Origin: Carpediemonas membranifera BICM
Lineage: Eukaryota > Protista > Fornicata
Direction of reading: 5' to 3'
Length of the DNA stretch: 64,000 bases
Assembly (NCBI GenBank): GCA_019828565.1
Contig: JAHDYR010000004.1
Location: forward strand, 406,619 to 470,618
This document shows, piece by piece, positions 28,549-39,500 of the stretch; position 1 is the first letter of the stretch; each line of letters begins with the position of its first letter. The translations under genes were made by a program, and so were the position numbers. Under the pieces are notes generated by a model that searched no databases, had not been told where the DNA came from, and saw nothing but the letters and a program-made list of their open reading frames with translations.

Positions 28549-31500
28549 ATGCGGAGCCCTAATGGCATCAAAACGGGCTCATTTTCTGTAATATACTTTC
28601 TCGCATTGCTTTCGCTCTCGTTTGCCCTCACCAGCATCACATTTGGCCAGTCCTGCGCCCTGTCTGGTGCTTCCGCCTCCCTCGGCACCGACATGGAAGC
28701 TGGGATCACAATTGCCTTCAACAAGTTTAATGCAGAGCAGACGAACTTCGAGCTGTCCCTTATCAGCAAAGATGACGGCTACACGCCGTTGAACACGACC
28801 ACTAACACCCTTCAGTTCATCGCCGACGGCGTGTTCGGACTCATCGGCTACACAGGCACACCGACGACCAAGACCATCTACGACACAGCCATCAACGCCG
28901 GGCTCCCGCTCATTGGCTCCTTTACGGGCGGCCGCTTTCTGCGGGACCCGTTCGAGCCGCTCGCAGTCAACATCCGCGCTGGGTACGACGACGAGGTGCT
29001 CGCTGTAGTGGAGTACCTCGTCGGCCATGGCCGGACGACCATCGCCACGTTCGTGCAGGCCGACGCCTTTGGCCAAGCCGGTCTGGACGCGCTGGTGCTG
29101 GCGCTTGAGCCGTACAAGCTCCCGGTCATGGCCAGTGGGATGTACGAGAGGAACACCGTGGATGTCGAGCCGGGGGTCGCCGCCATGCTGGACGAACTCG
29201 ACGGACTGCAGCCGGACGCAGTGATCATGATCGGTACGGCCTACGCGCTGGCCAAGACGGTGAGCATACTACAGCCAGACATGCCGCACACAATATTCTA
29301 CACGGTCTCCTTCGTGGGCTCGGAGATCTTTGCCGACGAGCTGATCAACAACTACGACGTCGACCTCACCAACGTTGTCGTCAGCCAGGTCACGCCGTTC
29401 TTCGCAGACGCTGGTTTCGCCGCATACGAGCAGTTTATGACCGACCTGGCCATGTACAACGCCACGGCGACGCCCTCGTTCACCACCATGGAGGGGTGGC
29501 TTGTCGGCACGGTAGTCACGATGACGCTGGCCCGCATGACGTCCGTGGCCAGCCTCACTGTGTCCAGCTTCCTCGACACCGTCTACACGACGGGTCTCTT
29601 CCACGTGTCGGACATTCAAGTAGGACCCTTCGGATACGAGTGCGAGGGCGACGTCGACTTCACGGGCTGCTCCTGCTCGCAGGGCATGCACCACGTCTAC
29701 CTCTCCACCATCAACGCCACCGGTAGCTACACGCTCCTTTCCACCCACTACTTCGACTACTGCGGCGCCATCAACGCCGACGACCGAACCCCTGCCCTCC
29801 TCGTCGGCCAGTCCGCCCCCCTCACAGAGGGCGTCGTCCTCGCAGAGGTCGGCAGGGGCCTCAGGGCGGGGGCGGCCGCCGCGTTCAAAGAGGCGAATGA
29901 CGCGGGCGTGCTGCCGTTCCCGATCGTGCTCCTCTCGATCGACGACTCCTACGTGGTGGAGAATACGCTTGCGGCCGTGGACAAGCTCGTCAACGTATAC
30001 AACGTCAGCGCCCTCATCAACCAGGTTGGGTCCTCCATGACGGCCGCCATAGTCCCAGAATTCACCAACGTCTCGGGCACAATCAGGCCGGTCGTGGGGG
30101 CGTACACCGGCGCCAGACTCCTGAGGTCGGAGTCGACCATGATCAACGTACGGGCCAGCTACGACGCAGAGGTGAACATCATGGTCCGCCACGCCATGAG
30201 CGCGGGTAGGATTACCCAGTTCGTGCTGCTGAGGCAGGACGACGGGTACGGCCAGGCGGGGGAGGACGCCCTGGCCCTCGCCCTGAGCTACCACGGCATG
30301 GCAACGATCGCGGTTGGCACGTATGCCAGGGGAACGACCGACGTCACCGCGGCCGTATCGACTGTGTTCGAGTCGGGTGCGATTGACATGGCGCACTCAT
30401 TCGCCGTCATCCTCATCGCCACGGTGGACGCCGCCGTCGCCTTCATCGAGGCCGGCGCGGCACCGATGAACACGGCGCAGAACTACAACGCGTGGTGGTA
30501 CTCCCCCAGCATCAACCTCAAGGGGCTGTCGGCCCGTACCGGCACCCAGATCGACTCTGGTGCCATATCCAGGGTGTACGTGACCAACGTTGTGCCCCTC
30601 CCCTCGGAGTTCCCCGTGTCCTTCGACGAGGAGCTGCACAGCCTCATGTTCGAGGGAACATCTGTCATGGCCGCCATCGAGGGCTACCTCGCCGCCAGTT
30701 TGTTCGTCCAACTCGTCTCCCGGGCCGGCATCCGGTCGGCGTCGGCCGCTACAGGGGAGAGCATACTGGAGGCAGCCGACGGAGCCTTCACGGTCGGCGG
30801 GCTGACGGCGTCACTGTCACGGGATCCAGAGTGCAACCAGGCTCTCAAGCAGGTGCAGTTGCTGCAAGTCCGGGGATCGTCCGGTGCTATCACCGACTAC
30901 CACCAGGTCTCTGTGGGGGGCGAAGACTGGCTCTCGTTCTCCGCATGCACTGTCTACGACGAGCTCAAGCCCGCTGAGTGCGACTCCGGCTACGAGCCCG
31001 ACTACGCGGACTCCCAGTACGTCCCCACGATCTGCGTGGAGTGCAAGCCGGGGTTCTCCAGTGCCGATGGCGCCGCCTGCCTGCCCTGTAGCGCTGGGAC
31101 GTACGCCAAGACCGTGGCCACGTCGGAGTGCACGCCCTGCGCCGGGGGGACGTATCAGGACCGTCCTGAGGGCATATACTGCGTGCCCTGCGACCGGTTC
31201 TCGTACTCGGCGGACACGGGCGCCACTAGTTGTCTGGCATGCCCCGATAACTCAATGACGGCGTCGACGGGGCAGGTGGAGCTCGGGGCCTGCACGTGTA
31301 GAGGCGGGTACTACGGCAACGCGTCCATCGAGGCGTGCACCGCCTGTCCTGACGGGGCGACGTGCTGTGCCGACGCTTCCTGCCTGTACGGCGTGGTTGA
31401 CCCCCTGCCCCAGCCCGGGTACTACAAGTACGACCGCGACACCTTCCTCGCCTGCATCCCGGCCGACGCCTGCCTCGGCTCCGTCGCCCAGTACGGCGAC

Positions 31501-33468
31501 GACGTCACAGCCGACGAGGACACTGCCAATCGGTGCGCGGAGGGCTACGGCAGCTTCAACTGCGGCCAGTGCGACTCGGACCACTACCGCAAGGACGGCA
31601 AGTGCAACCAGTGCTCGGGCAACGTCATCATCGACACCATCCGGGGTGTGGGGCTTCTCGTGCTGACATTCACCGCGGCCTTTATTGCGTGCGTGACGTC
31701 GACGATGCTGCAGCTCTCGGCCCCCACCGTCGACATCGTCTTCGACTTCCTCTGCCTCTGCAGCATCATCAGCCTCATCAACGTCGACTGGCCCTCCACT
31801 CTTGACGGTTTCTTCACCTACACCGCCATCTTCACCCTCAACATCGACGCCTTTGCCGTATCCTGCGTGCCCCTGCTCTCGGCGGTGTTCACGTCCCTGT
31901 ACGGCCGCGCCATGGTGTGGCTGTTGATCCCAGTCCTGTACATCGCCGTCTGCATCGTCTGCTTCGTACTATGCACGCTGCTGTCGTTCGTACTCACCAA
32001 GCCGGACCTCATGACCGAGACGAACATAAGCAACTACGACGCGTTCAGGACCGTCATCGGCTCCCCCGGCTACCTCTACACCACATTGGTCGCTTCGTTC
32101 GTCCGTTTCCTCATGTTCTACTTCCCAGGCATGCTGGTTCAGCTTGTCTCGCCCTTAATCTGCACCACGGAGGGCGGCATCGCGTTCAACACAACCATGC
32201 CCTACGTCCAGTGCAGTGGCACGACCTGGGGCGTCTGGCGAGTCATCCTTATGGCGCTGATCGGCTTCCTCGGCGTCGTCCCCATCGCTATCTTCCTGAT
32301 GTCGCTCACCCGCATCCGGAAGATCCGACACAGCGTCAACCTCGCCCGACACCAGAAGGAGGAGAAGAAGCTCGCGAAGAAGCGCGGCGACGATTCTTCC
32401 AGCGTGGGGTCGGGCCACTCGGGCAGCGGTACCAGCTCCGACAGCCGGAGCACAGCCAGGAGCGGGGGCAGCAGCGCCAGTTCGGCCTTCTCGATCACGC
32501 GGCACATCAGCACGGATAGCACGGGATACTACCGCCACTCGATCTGGCCGGCCATCGTCAGCTTCAAGACGGGCACGTTCTTCGTGTTCAATCTGTTCCA
32601 GCTGCGGGTTGTGGTGATTACTCTCGTCATCGTGCTCTTCGACACGGCTGTAACCCGCATCATCGTCGCCATCCTCATCATCACGCTGTACATGACCATC
32701 ATCCTCTTCACGAGGGCGTACAACAAGATGCACCACACAATCGCCTCAGCCATCGCCCACCTCGCCCTCGTCGGCATCCTCGCCATCGGTCTGATGTCTA
32801 CCGACAGCCAGTGGTCCGACGCCCTCAGCGAGGGAGCGCTCATCGTCAGCATGGCTGTCATGGTCGCCGTCATCACGCCCTTCTTCATTGCCGACCTCCG
32901 CTTCTTGCTGCCGATCGCCATTGTCAAGAGCATGGGTGACCTCCTCCGGATGAGGGCAATCGAGTTCGAGGCGGGCCGGCGCATCATCAGGTTCGCTGAG
33001 GCAACCTACGACAACATTTACATGACGGTATATAGCATTAACGACGGCTACCTTGAGTGGCGCCGCCGCAGATGGAACAAGGCCGCCGAGAAGAGGCTCG
33101 AGAAGGAGCGCAAGGAGAGGGCCAAGGCCAAAGCCCGGGCGGATCGCATTGACCAGAAGCGGCGGGTCCTGGAGACGTTCAACTCCCCCGGTCACGGCCG
33201 GGACCGCCTCTCCGTGACAAACAAGTCCGTGACCAGCATGACTGAGCGGTCAGACGTAACGGCGAGCATGTCGGCCAGGTTCTCCGAGACGCCGGTGTCT
33301 CCGCAGATGTTGATGGAGCGACGCCAGAAGGAGCGGGCGGAGCTCGGCACGATCACACCGCACTTTATGCCGGTTGGTCGGTCAGACCGGTCGCCCCGAG
33401 ACCAGGACTATACGATGACACTGGAACTGGACCTGCCCGAGGGGATTCTCGAGGAGTTCGAGAGCTAG
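28549..33468 (+). CDS. Receptor-like protein: signal peptide, two type-1 periplasmic-binding (Venus flytrap) domains, Cys-rich repeats, about 9 TM segments, cytoplasmic tail
   Basis: FGQSCALSG..LG..AG/DDGY/GYTGTPT/NIRAGYDDEV/QADAFG, repeated as VGQSAPL/DDSY/QVGSS/NVRASYDAEV/QDDGYG. C.PC.AGTY repeats follow, then INVDWP and a series of hydrophobic helices. Confidence 0.88.
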   Translation: MRSPNGIKTGSFSVIYFLALLSLSFALTSITFGQSCALSGASASLGTDMEAGITIAFNKFNAEQTNFELSLISKDDGYTPLNTTTNTLQFIADGVFGLIGYTGTPTTKTIYDTAINAGLPLIGSFTGGRFLRDPFEPLAVNIRAGYDDEVLAVVEYLVGHGRTTIATFVQADAFGQAGLDALVLALEPYKLPVMASGMYERNTVDVEPGVAAMLDELDGLQPDAVIMIGTAYALAKTVSILQPDMPHTIFYTVSFVGSEIFADELINNYDVDLTNVVVSQVTPFFADAGFAAYEQFMTDLAMYNATATPSFTTMEGWLVGTVVTMTLARMTSVASLTVSSFLDTVYTTGLFHVSDIQVGPFGYECEGDVDFTGCSCSQGMHHVYLSTINATGSYTLLSTHYFDYCGAINADDRTPALLVGQSAPLTEGVVLAEVGRGLRAGAAAAFKEANDAGVLPFPIVLLSIDDSYVVENTLAAVDKLVNVYNVSALINQVGSSMTAAIVPEFTNVSGTIRPVVGAYTGARLLRSESTMINVRASYDAEVNIMVRHAMSAGRITQFVLLRQDDGYGQAGEDALALALSYHGMATIAVGTYARGTTDVTAAVSTVFESGAIDMAHSFAVILIATVDAAVAFIEAGAAPMNTAQNYNAWWYSPSINLKGLSARTGTQIDSGAISRVYVTNVVPLPSEFPVSFDEELHSLMFEGTSVMAAIEGYLAASLFVQLVSRAGIRSASAATGESILEAADGAFTVGGLTASLSRDPECNQALKQVQLLQVRGSSGAITDYHQVSVGGEDWLSFSACTVYDELKPAECDSGYEPDYADSQYVPTICVECKPGFSSADGAACLPCSAGTYAKTVATSECTPCAGGTYQDRPEGIYCVPCDRFSYSADTGATSCLACPDNSMTASTGQVELGACTCRGGYYGNASIEACTACPDGATCCADASCLYGVVDPLPQPGYYKYDRDTFLACIPADACLGSVAQYGDDVTADEDTANRCAEGYGSFNCGQCDSDHYRKDGKCNQCSGNVIIDTIRGVGLLVLTFTAAFIACVTSTMLQLSAPTVDIVFDFLCLCSIISLINVDWPSTLDGFFTYTAIFTLNIDAFAVSCVPLLSAVFTSLYGRAMVWLLIPVLYIAVCIVCFVLCTLLSFVLTKPDLMTETNISNYDAFRTVIGSPGYLYTTLVASFVRFLMFYFPGMLVQLVSPLICTTEGGIAFNTTMPYVQCSGTTWGVWRVILMALIGFLGVVPIAIFLMSLTRIRKIRHSVNLARHQKEEKKLAKKRGDDSSSVGSGHSGSGTSSDSRSTARSGGSSASSAFSITRHISTDSTGYYRHSIWPAIVSFKTGTFFVFNLFQLRVVVITLVIVLFDTAVTRIIVAILIITLYMTIILFTRAYNKMHHTIASAIAHLALVGILAIGLMSTDSQWSDALSEGALIVSMAVMVAVITPFFIADLRFLLPIAIVKSMGDLLRMRAIEFEAGRRIIRFAEATYDNIYMTVYSINDGYLEWRRRRWNKAAEKRLEKERKERAKAKARADRIDQKRRVLETFNSPGHGRDRLSVTNKSVTSMTERSDVTASMSARFSETPVSPQMLMERRQKERAELGTITPHFMPVGRSDRSPRDQDYTMTLELDLPEGILEEFES

Positions 33469-33642
33469 CGAGACCGGAGTGAGCATCACCGGAACGTCAT
33501 CAGACGATCTGTAAATAGCACATGCACGCATAATGCGGTCAGGGATGCGAAGTAGGGTTCAGTTGATTCATCTGTGATTCAAATCACGATGGAATCATAT
33601 CTGAAAATTCAGCGACAGACAAGACAAGAAGAACCCACTGAA

Positions 33643-34254
33643 ATGAGCACAAAGAAGACCCTCCACTCCGGTTTTGCCAAATCGGCCCTAGTTAACACCA
33701 CAACTGTTGTGGCGACGTCCAACGAGGACGGCAGCCCGAACATGGCAACAATTGCATGGTGCATGCCGTGCAACGCCTCTCCCGTGTATATTGCCATCGC
33801 CGTGAGCAACGGACACCTCACCAATGAGAATATCAAGAGGTCCAAAGTATTCAGCGTCAACGTCGGCAACCTCGAACAGATGAAGGCGGTCAACGCCGTC
33901 GGCATCGTCTCTGGCCGCAAGGATCCGGGTAAGAACATCGCGTTCAAGACTGTGAACGGTGCTAACGGCGCTCCTATCGTCGCTGAGCTGCCGATCAACA
34001 TGGAATGCAAGCTCGTCAACCATATCACAAATCCCACCAACACTGTCTTCATCGGCGAGGTGACGCTTCTCTCTGTCGACGATGACAAGGTAGCCGGCCC
34101 GAACATCGACATCACCAGGATCAACCCGCTCCTCTTCACATTCGGCAAGGTCGACGGCCAGGGATCCGCCTACGCCCAGCTCGGCCCCGTTGTCGGCGTG
34201 CCATGGGCCCAGGACCCAGCCGAGAAGCTTGCCGAGCGCCAAGCTAAGGAATAA
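33643..34254 (+). CDS. Flavoredoxin / flavin-reductase-like FMN-binding split-barrel protein
   Basis: VVATSNEDGSPNMATIAW, HLTNENIKRSKVFSVN, VGIVSGRK..K, APIVAELPINMECKL, VFIGEV. Confidence 0.88.
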   Translation: MSTKKTLHSGFAKSALVNTTTVVATSNEDGSPNMATIAWCMPCNASPVYIAIAVSNGHLTNENIKRSKVFSVNVGNLEQMKAVNAVGIVSGRKDPGKNIAFKTVNGANGAPIVAELPINMECKLVNHITNPTNTVFIGEVTLLSVDDDKVAGPNIDITRINPLLFTFGKVDGQGSAYAQLGPVVGVPWAQDPAEKLAERQAKE

Positions 34255-34318
34255 AGTCAGAATTCCAATTGTCAGGTTTGACCAGATTTCTTGGCGACGC
34301 CCGCTCTCGCTCACGGGG

Positions 34319-34993
34319 ATGCCTCACGTTCCATTGAATCTCAATCTAGCATACAGGAATACAAAGATAGCGCATCAAAGCATTGAAAGACTGAAACAGC
34401 TGTCTACTGACGGACGGCATCCAGTATACGAGGACCACCCCCCTTCTCAGGCGTGTGCGGTGGTTTCAGGGACCTTAGTCTCTGATGGGAAGTTTGTACG
34501 GTATCAGCGGGCTGTGCATCACCCGCCATTAGGCTGCGGCCGGTTTCTCCACGCACTGAAGCTGGTCAAGAGTCACACAACGCTCAGCCCGCTGGAGATG
34601 AACGTGTTGCACCTCATCCTCTACCGTTTCTCGTGTATGACGCCTGTTCCATCGAGCATTGACGATCTGTTTATCGAGGTTGAGACGGACAGTCAGTGGC
34701 GCCCCTTGGAGTGCCCGCTCCAGGTCGCCACGGTGCGGGCTAGACTGGCAGGGGACCAAAAATCCACACAGCTCGGTCTGGTCGGCATCCCGTACCTCCA
34801 CAACAGCGGATGCTCCAAGGCAGACCGGCTAGCCATCTGCTTCCCGGCAACGGCGAGCTCGGTGAGCAGAGTCACCAGAGGTAACAGGAAGACGGGTCTG
34901 GCCGAGCGATTCTTCATCCGCGTGTGGTGGGACGGTGTCGAGACTGTCCGCGGCTGCGTCAACAACACTTTTTTATTCCCTCACCCTTGTTAA
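34319..34993 (+). CDS. Hypothetical protein (about 224 aa)
   Basis: ATG ORF in the gap between genes; no motif recognised. Confidence 0.5.
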   Translation: MPHVPLNLNLAYRNTKIAHQSIERLKQLSTDGRHPVYEDHPPSQACAVVSGTLVSDGKFVRYQRAVHHPPLGCGRFLHALKLVKSHTTLSPLEMNVLHLILYRFSCMTPVPSSIDDLFIEVETDSQWRPLECPLQVATVRARLAGDQKSTQLGLVGIPYLHNSGCSKADRLAICFPATASSVSRVTRGNRKTGLAERFFIRVWWDGVETVRGCVNNTFLFPHPC

Positions 34994-35257
34994 CCACCCG
35001 AGCAACAGGCTAACTGACCACGTCAACAACACAAGATTCGATTCGCGATTTTGCGTCAACAACGCGGTGGCAGATTAGCGGAGTGTCATAGAATGTTCAT
35101 AGCGGCGATAAACGGCAGTGTCACTGGTTTTACACGGCTTTACGCGGCAGTACACCATTGACTGCCGCTACCAGTGGCCTATTTCTGGGCGTTCCGACAG
35201 CACACCTGGGATCTGAGTTCCTCCCTCGCAAACCAAGACGCCTGTAGTTCAAACGTC

Positions 35258-36493
35258 ATGATATACGCCCGTTTCATCTACGCAGGCCTCCTGATCATCG
35301 CACTTGCGTGGGTTCTTGTCGCAGACTTCCTCCTCGACAAGCTGTATCCCTACATCTGCTGGGAAATCCTCTCCTGGCTTCCGTGGTGCCTCTATAGCAC
35401 CAAGAACAGCATCGGCTACTTCCACCTACTCAAGGTTTCCATGATCTTCTTCGTCTTCCACCTCCTCCTGCTGCTCCTCACGCTGCCGGCAGACTTTGCC
35501 AAGGGCGTTACCCTCTTCAAGAACATCCACCGCCGGCTGTGGTGGGTGAAGCTGCCGGTCCTGGCCGTCCTCTACGCCCTCACCCTCCTCATCCCCAACC
35601 CCGTCTACGTCGCTTACATGATCGTGGCCCTCGTCCTGTCCGTGCCATTCATTGCCGCGCAGGTCGTGCTGCTGACGGAATTCGCTGTCCGTACCAACAA
35701 TGCCGTCGTCCGCCGCATTCCCCAGGGTTCGGGGCTCCTACTGCTCGCCCTATCCGTTGGTCTGCTCGCCATCGCGGGGCTTCAGTACGTCATCACCGGC
35801 ACGCTGTACTTCTTCTGCTTCCCGGTGTGGCCACTCTATCTGGTCGGCTTCATCCTGGTAACAGTCATCGTCATCTTCTCCATCGCTATTGAGCGGGGCT
35901 CCCTCTTTGTCGCCGCCGTGCTCTCGTTGTTCTTCACATTCATGGTTGTACTCGCCATCGAGTCCAACAGCGAGTTCTGGTCGAGCTGGATCAACGACGT
36001 CTTCTCGTTCTTCGGCTTCGTCCTGCCCCGCATGTCCTACTGCCCCCTGGAGCCTCACTTCTCCAGCTACTGGGCGGACTTCTTCCTCGGCTCGGTGTTC
36101 AGCCTGGTGTTCAAGCTGGTCCACTCTATCTGGGGCGGCGTCTTCCTCATCACGGCGGTGCTCATGTCGTGCTTCTCGAGCTTCGGTCTCGCCCCAACAT
36201 TCGCGGGGGTCGACAACCCGCCGCCCGTGTCTGGCTTCGACAGCGGCAACGACGACGACAAGGAGAGCGGTGCCGACATCACGTACCACTACTGGCAGTT
36301 CCATGCCCTCATGACGCTCGCATCGGCCGCCATCCCAGTGGCGTTTGGCACCCTCAGTAGCGGTCTCTTCTCGTGGTACCTCCCTGTTTCGATCATCGCG
36401 GCCGTACTCATCGGAGCGGGCCTCTACCTCTGGGGGTTGGCCGCCCCTTCAATACTCAGGAACAGGCGGTTCTACGGGGGTGTGAGGCTCTAG
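35258..36493 (+). CDS. Serine incorporator (Serinc/TDE/Tms1) family membrane protein
   Basis: ARFIYA, FFVFHLLLLLLT, IHRRLWWVKL, FIAAQVVLLTEFA, YHYWQFHALMTLAS, LYLWGLAAPSILRNRRF. Confidence 0.88.
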   Translation: MIYARFIYAGLLIIALAWVLVADFLLDKLYPYICWEILSWLPWCLYSTKNSIGYFHLLKVSMIFFVFHLLLLLLTLPADFAKGVTLFKNIHRRLWWVKLPVLAVLYALTLLIPNPVYVAYMIVALVLSVPFIAAQVVLLTEFAVRTNNAVVRRIPQGSGLLLLALSVGLLAIAGLQYVITGTLYFFCFPVWPLYLVGFILVTVIVIFSIAIERGSLFVAAVLSLFFTFMVVLAIESNSEFWSSWINDVFSFFGFVLPRMSYCPLEPHFSSYWADFFLGSVFSLVFKLVHSIWGGVFLITAVLMSCFSSFGLAPTFAGVDNPPPVSGFDSGNDDDKESGADITYHYWQFHALMTLASAAIPVAFGTLSSGLFSWYLPVSIIAAVLIGAGLYLWGLAAPSILRNRRFYGGVRL

Positions 36494-36524
36494 AAAAAAC
36501 AGAAACATAAACATAATGTAACAT

Positions 36525-39500
36525 TCACTGCCGCCTGATGCGGTACGGGCTTCCCTTCCGCCGGTACTGGCTCGAATAGGACCCCAGCGTCGCCTCGGAT
36601 CCGGCCCGCTCCATAGACTGCACCGACTGAACACTCCCGGCCCTGTTGCGGGGGATCGAGCTCGGCCTCGACCGACGGGGCTCGGCGTCCGGGTCGGGGT
36701 GGCGGGACTCGGGATGATCCTGGGCCCGCTGCTGGAAGGCGTGGAAGCTGCCAACAGCCGAGACAGAGGCGGCGACGGCCTTGATGAACACGCGCTCGCG
36801 GGACAAGGACCGCACAAGGGAGCCGCACACGCGCCGCAGCTCGGCGTCACGGGCGCCAGTGAAGTTCTTGATCACCGTCGACTCGGGCAAAACTGCGGGG
36901 CCGGCATAGAAAAGGATCTTGACGAGGATGTGTGAGTTCGCGGAGGAGGCCAGGAGGGCTGCGAGCTGCCGGGCCGGGGCGGTCTCAGCGATGCGGATGA
37001 CGAGCAGAACAACAGTGATGTCGTCGAGCAGCAGGGCGTTGAGCACGAGGCCCATGTACTCGGGCGTCCCCAGGTCCGCCCAACCCTCCTTGATCCGCGA
37101 CAGCGGCAGCAGCACCTGCAGCGCGCCCCTGACGGTAGCCACGGTCTCGGGCGGGGGCTGGAGGGTCGACCCGGCGTACGACACCAGCCGCTTGACGGGG
37201 TCGTCCACGTCCGGCGGGGTTGGCACAGTGTGGAGCATGCGGCGGAGTGGGTCCAGCGCGCCGGCTTGGACGAGTCGGAAGGCGTTCCTCATTGAGGTCG
37301 CCGTGGCGGCCAGCTCGGTGACAGTCGCCGCCAGCGCCGACCCAACAGCCAGCGTGGCCCGCATCCTGTCGTTGTCCTCCGGGCTCATCATGACGCGGCG
37401 GGTCAGGTCGACCTGAGTCTGTGTGAACCGGGCGACGTGCGAGAGGAGGGCGACGATGGCTTCTGCCGCACCCTCTGCGCCAAGTACTGCGTCGCGGGAG
37501 TCGGCGCTCGACGTGAAGGTGGTGATGCAGGCAAGGGCGTCGACCAGGATGCTCAGCGTCCCGGTCAGCTTGAACTGCCCGTCGAGGAGGCTGCGGATGA
37601 CGGCGTCCACCATGTCCGCCGCTGCCCGCAGGACAAGGGCAGGGATGTCCGGGCACGAGTCGACCAGACCGGCCCTGAACGCGGGAATGCGGCCCAGCAG
37701 CGAGGCCAGCAGCAGCAGGGGCTGGAGCGAGGCTGTCACAGTGCCCTGGGCGGCCAGACGGACCTGGGCCTCGACGAGTCCCGCCACGACGGGGTAGTCA
37801 GTCGCTGGGGGCACGAGCTCCGGGGGGACGGTGAAGCCCCGGTCGACCCGGCAGACCATGGAGGATGGCGTGGGGACGTGTGCGCGGCGGCCGAAGAAGG
37901 CCGTGAACATCCTCGCGGTCTCCAGCAGCCTTGCATAGGGGGAGGCGGGGAGGTCCTCGAGGTCGAGGGGCAGCTTGGCCAGGTCGACCTTGGGGGCATC
38001 CAGCACCTGCAGCAGGCATGCGGTGTACGACTTGGCAGCCTCGGACACGGTCTCGTCGGGCGAGTCAGCCCTGGTGAGAGCCCTCCAGGCTGCGTCCAGG
38101 ACCATGCCGGGGACGGGCAGCCCGAGGTCGCCGGTGAACAGCGCCGTCATGAAGCGGAGGGCGTAGCGGTGGAGCGTGTGGTCCGGGGTCGACAGGAGCG
38201 GTGTGAAGAGCTCGGCGGCGTCCCGGGCGTGCAGCAGGGCGCAGTTGTCGCTGTTGATCGCCAGGTTGCAGAGGGCTCGGGCGGCCAGGCGCTTGATCTC
38301 GACGTCGGGCACGCGGACGGCGTCCAGGAGGGCCTCGAGCCCGCCGACCTTGCGGACCTCGTCCTTGTTTCGGATGTTGAGGCTGACGTTGATGAGGGCC
38401 CCGATGGCATGGCGCGTCACCTCGTTGTCGTCAATCGTCAGGCACTCGACGAGCGGTCCGATGCCGCCCTGCTTACGGATGGCGACGCGGGCGTCTGTCA
38501 CGGTGAGCAGCAGCGACAGCAGACGGGTCGCCACAGTCACACGCGTCACATCCTCAGCGGTCATGCCCTCGTGCACCGCCAGATGCGGCACGACAGCGGG
38601 CAGGTGCTGGGTCACGGCCTCCCTCGCCGTCTTGTCCCCAGCGAGCACTCTCAGGAGCTCGAGCCCGGGCGTGGCCGCGGGGTTGGGGCCTGGCCGGGTG
38701 CAGATGCTGACAACGCGGCCGACATGCGTCATCACAGCCTGCCGCACGGGCAACTCCGATGCGAGCATGGCGAGGGCCTCGAGTGCAGCGGGTCCGGTGT
38801 CGTGGGCCTCACCCAGTGCGACAAGACCGTCCACTGCCTCGGATCCCAGGTCCGCGAAGGCCCGGGCGAAGCGGGGGTCATCGCAAACCGTGCCCAGCAC
38901 CTCGAGGGCGGCGGGGGCGAGGGTGGGGACGGTAAGGGCGGCGGACAGCACGGGGGCCCCGCCCAGCTCGGCCGCAGCGGAGGCGCACTCAGGACCGCGC
39001 GCCTTGACGACCTCCGCGACGGCGGCGATGCAGCTGCCCCACAGGTCAGCGTATTGACTGGGGTCGGGTGACCCCCGGAGCAGGGCCAGCGGCTTCTCCA
39101 GCAGGCCCGCGGCCGACGTGTCCCTCTGGGCGGGCTGGTCGGGGCTGTCGGGCATCGCGGGGGCTGGGGCGACCATCTTCGGCTTGGGCTTGCGGGACCG
39201 GCCCGGCGACATGCCCCGCAGCACACCCTGCAGGGCGCCGCGGTGGACCTTCTGGTGAGCCTCGTCCAGCTCGGTCCGGAGCACATCTGTCTCGGCCTCC
39301 AGCGTCTCGATGCGGTCCACCAATGCTTCGAGCATCCGCTCCACGTCCGCTCCGACGCCTGCCTTGCCGGGCTTGGCGTCGTCCCCGAGCACAGCGGGCC
39401 GCCACCGGCTGATGACCGAGTGCACCGCCATCAGGTCAGTCGCGTCGTCAGACCTCACAAGCTTCTCCTGCGTTTTGTCGGCGAGCTCCTGCTCGAGCAC

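Noticed and set aside
897-36493. A 'defence island' of viperin with serinc and anoctamin scramblases
   Set aside because: The genes are up to 35 kb apart among housekeeping genes, and serinc and anoctamin are ordinary pan-eukaryotic families.
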